The notes beneath the pieces were generated by a model that ran no database searches, was not told the origin of the DNA, and saw only the letters and a program-made list of their open reading frames with translations. From Muribaculaceae bacterium (GTDB lineage: Bacteria > Bacteroidota > Bacteroidia > Bacteroidales > Muribaculaceae): DNA of 56,491 nt. This document shows, in pieces, positions 56,052-56,491 of the stretch (the stretch's first letter is position 1; each line of letters begins with the position of its first letter). The position numbers and the translations under genes are program-made. The stretch lies in NCBI GenBank assembly GCA_051871555.1, contig JBJECZ010000190.1:1-56491 (forward strand). The letters are read 5' to 3'.

Positions 56052-56491
56052 ATGAAAACTATCATCCTAAATCAACGCAAAGAACGTGATGAATTAATGT
56101 CGCGACCTTACCTGAAACGCCGTATCAGTCAGGATATCGATTTATTACTAAATAGTCGTTTGATAAAACTTATAACAGGTCCTCGTAGAGTTGGTAAATC
56201 CACACAGGCGTTATTGATGTTGCGTGATAAGAATTTTGCTTATTTGAATTTCGACAATTATTCTTTGTTGAATGCTTGGAATTCAGACCTTGTTATGCGT
56301 ATGCTGGACAATATTTATCCCGGCTATGAATATATTTTGTTAGATGAAGTACAGAACCTGGATGGGTGGGACTTATGGGTTAGTGAACTCTATAGATTGG
56401 GAAAGAATCTTGTAATAACTGGTAGTAATGCCAGAATGCTAAGTAGTGAAATGGCTACAGTACTGACTGGCAAGTATATCCAGGTGGAAAT
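56052..56491 (+). CDS. AAA-family ATPase (AAA_14/DUF4143-type), N-terminal fragment running off the window
   Basis: My own translation is MKTIILNQRKERDELMSRPYLKR... It has Walker A GPRRVGKST and Walker B YILLDEVQ. It is not in the ORF track because the frame is open to the window end. Codon usage is low in GC. Confidence 0.75.
   Translation, partial: MKTIILNQRKERDELMSRPYLKRRISQDIDLLLNSRLIKLITGPRRVGKSTQALLMLRDKNFAYLNFDNYSLLNAWNSDLVMRMLDNIYPGYEYILLDEVQNLDGWDLWVSELYRLGKNLVITGSNARMLSSEMATVLTGKYIQVE

Noticed and set aside
1-56491. Scan for CRISPR arrays, tRNA/rRNA genes, IS elements or transposases, and long tandem repeats.
   Set aside because: No regularly spaced repeat arrays were seen, and no tRNA-like GTTCGAATC T-arm contexts outside CDS. 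No transposase or integrase ORF was found other than XerD. This was a by-eye inspection only, so small elements could have been missed.

Overview
The window looks like a mostly core chromosomal segment of a Bacteroidales (Bacteroidota) genome. This is inferred from -33 TTTG / -7 TAnnTTTG promoters, absent Shine-Dalgarno sites, T9SS C-terminal sorting domains, pdxJ-exbB-exbD-tonB synteny, GC3-rich coding sequence and AT-rich intergenic DNA. All family calls rest on motif recognition by eye; no database was searched.

About 52 CDS are supportable.
- Housekeeping: tatC (partial), amt, xylB-xylA-xylE behind a Nudix/NrtR-like regulator, tonB-exbD-exbB, pdxJ, nadK, ribH, sdaA, xerD, rdgB, and two FKBP isomerases.
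- Envelope and stress: two ECF sigma modules, LrgA/LrgB, and an SGNH+MBOAT O-acyltransferase pair.
- Host-glycan enzymes: a GH29 fucosidase, and a Ser-type sulfatase / GH33 sialidase / GH109-like operon.
- Accessory: three tandem T9SS-secreted C10 (SpeB-like) cysteine peptidases with a co-transcribed lipoprotein, a 940-aa T9SS cargo of unknown function, a low-GC frameshifted toxin-like gene plus XRE HTH gene, and a low-GC AAA ATPase at the 3' edge.

No rRNA, tRNA, CRISPR array or transposase was seen.

The most interesting non-coding signals are these:
1. A promoter-to-terminator unit of about 115 nt with no ORF (3001-3115) lies upstream of the fucosidase. It is a candidate sRNA or attenuator.
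2. A 17-nt stretch of that transcript is perfectly antisense to the 5' UTR just upstream of the first C10 peptidase start codon.
3. Its roughly 100-bp promoter module recurs, about 70-75% identical by eye, upstream of the 940-aa T9SS cargo gene.
4. Twin TATTGT-N7-ACAATA palindromes lie upstream of the xyl regulator.

All of these are hypotheses that need RNA-seq and comparative checks.
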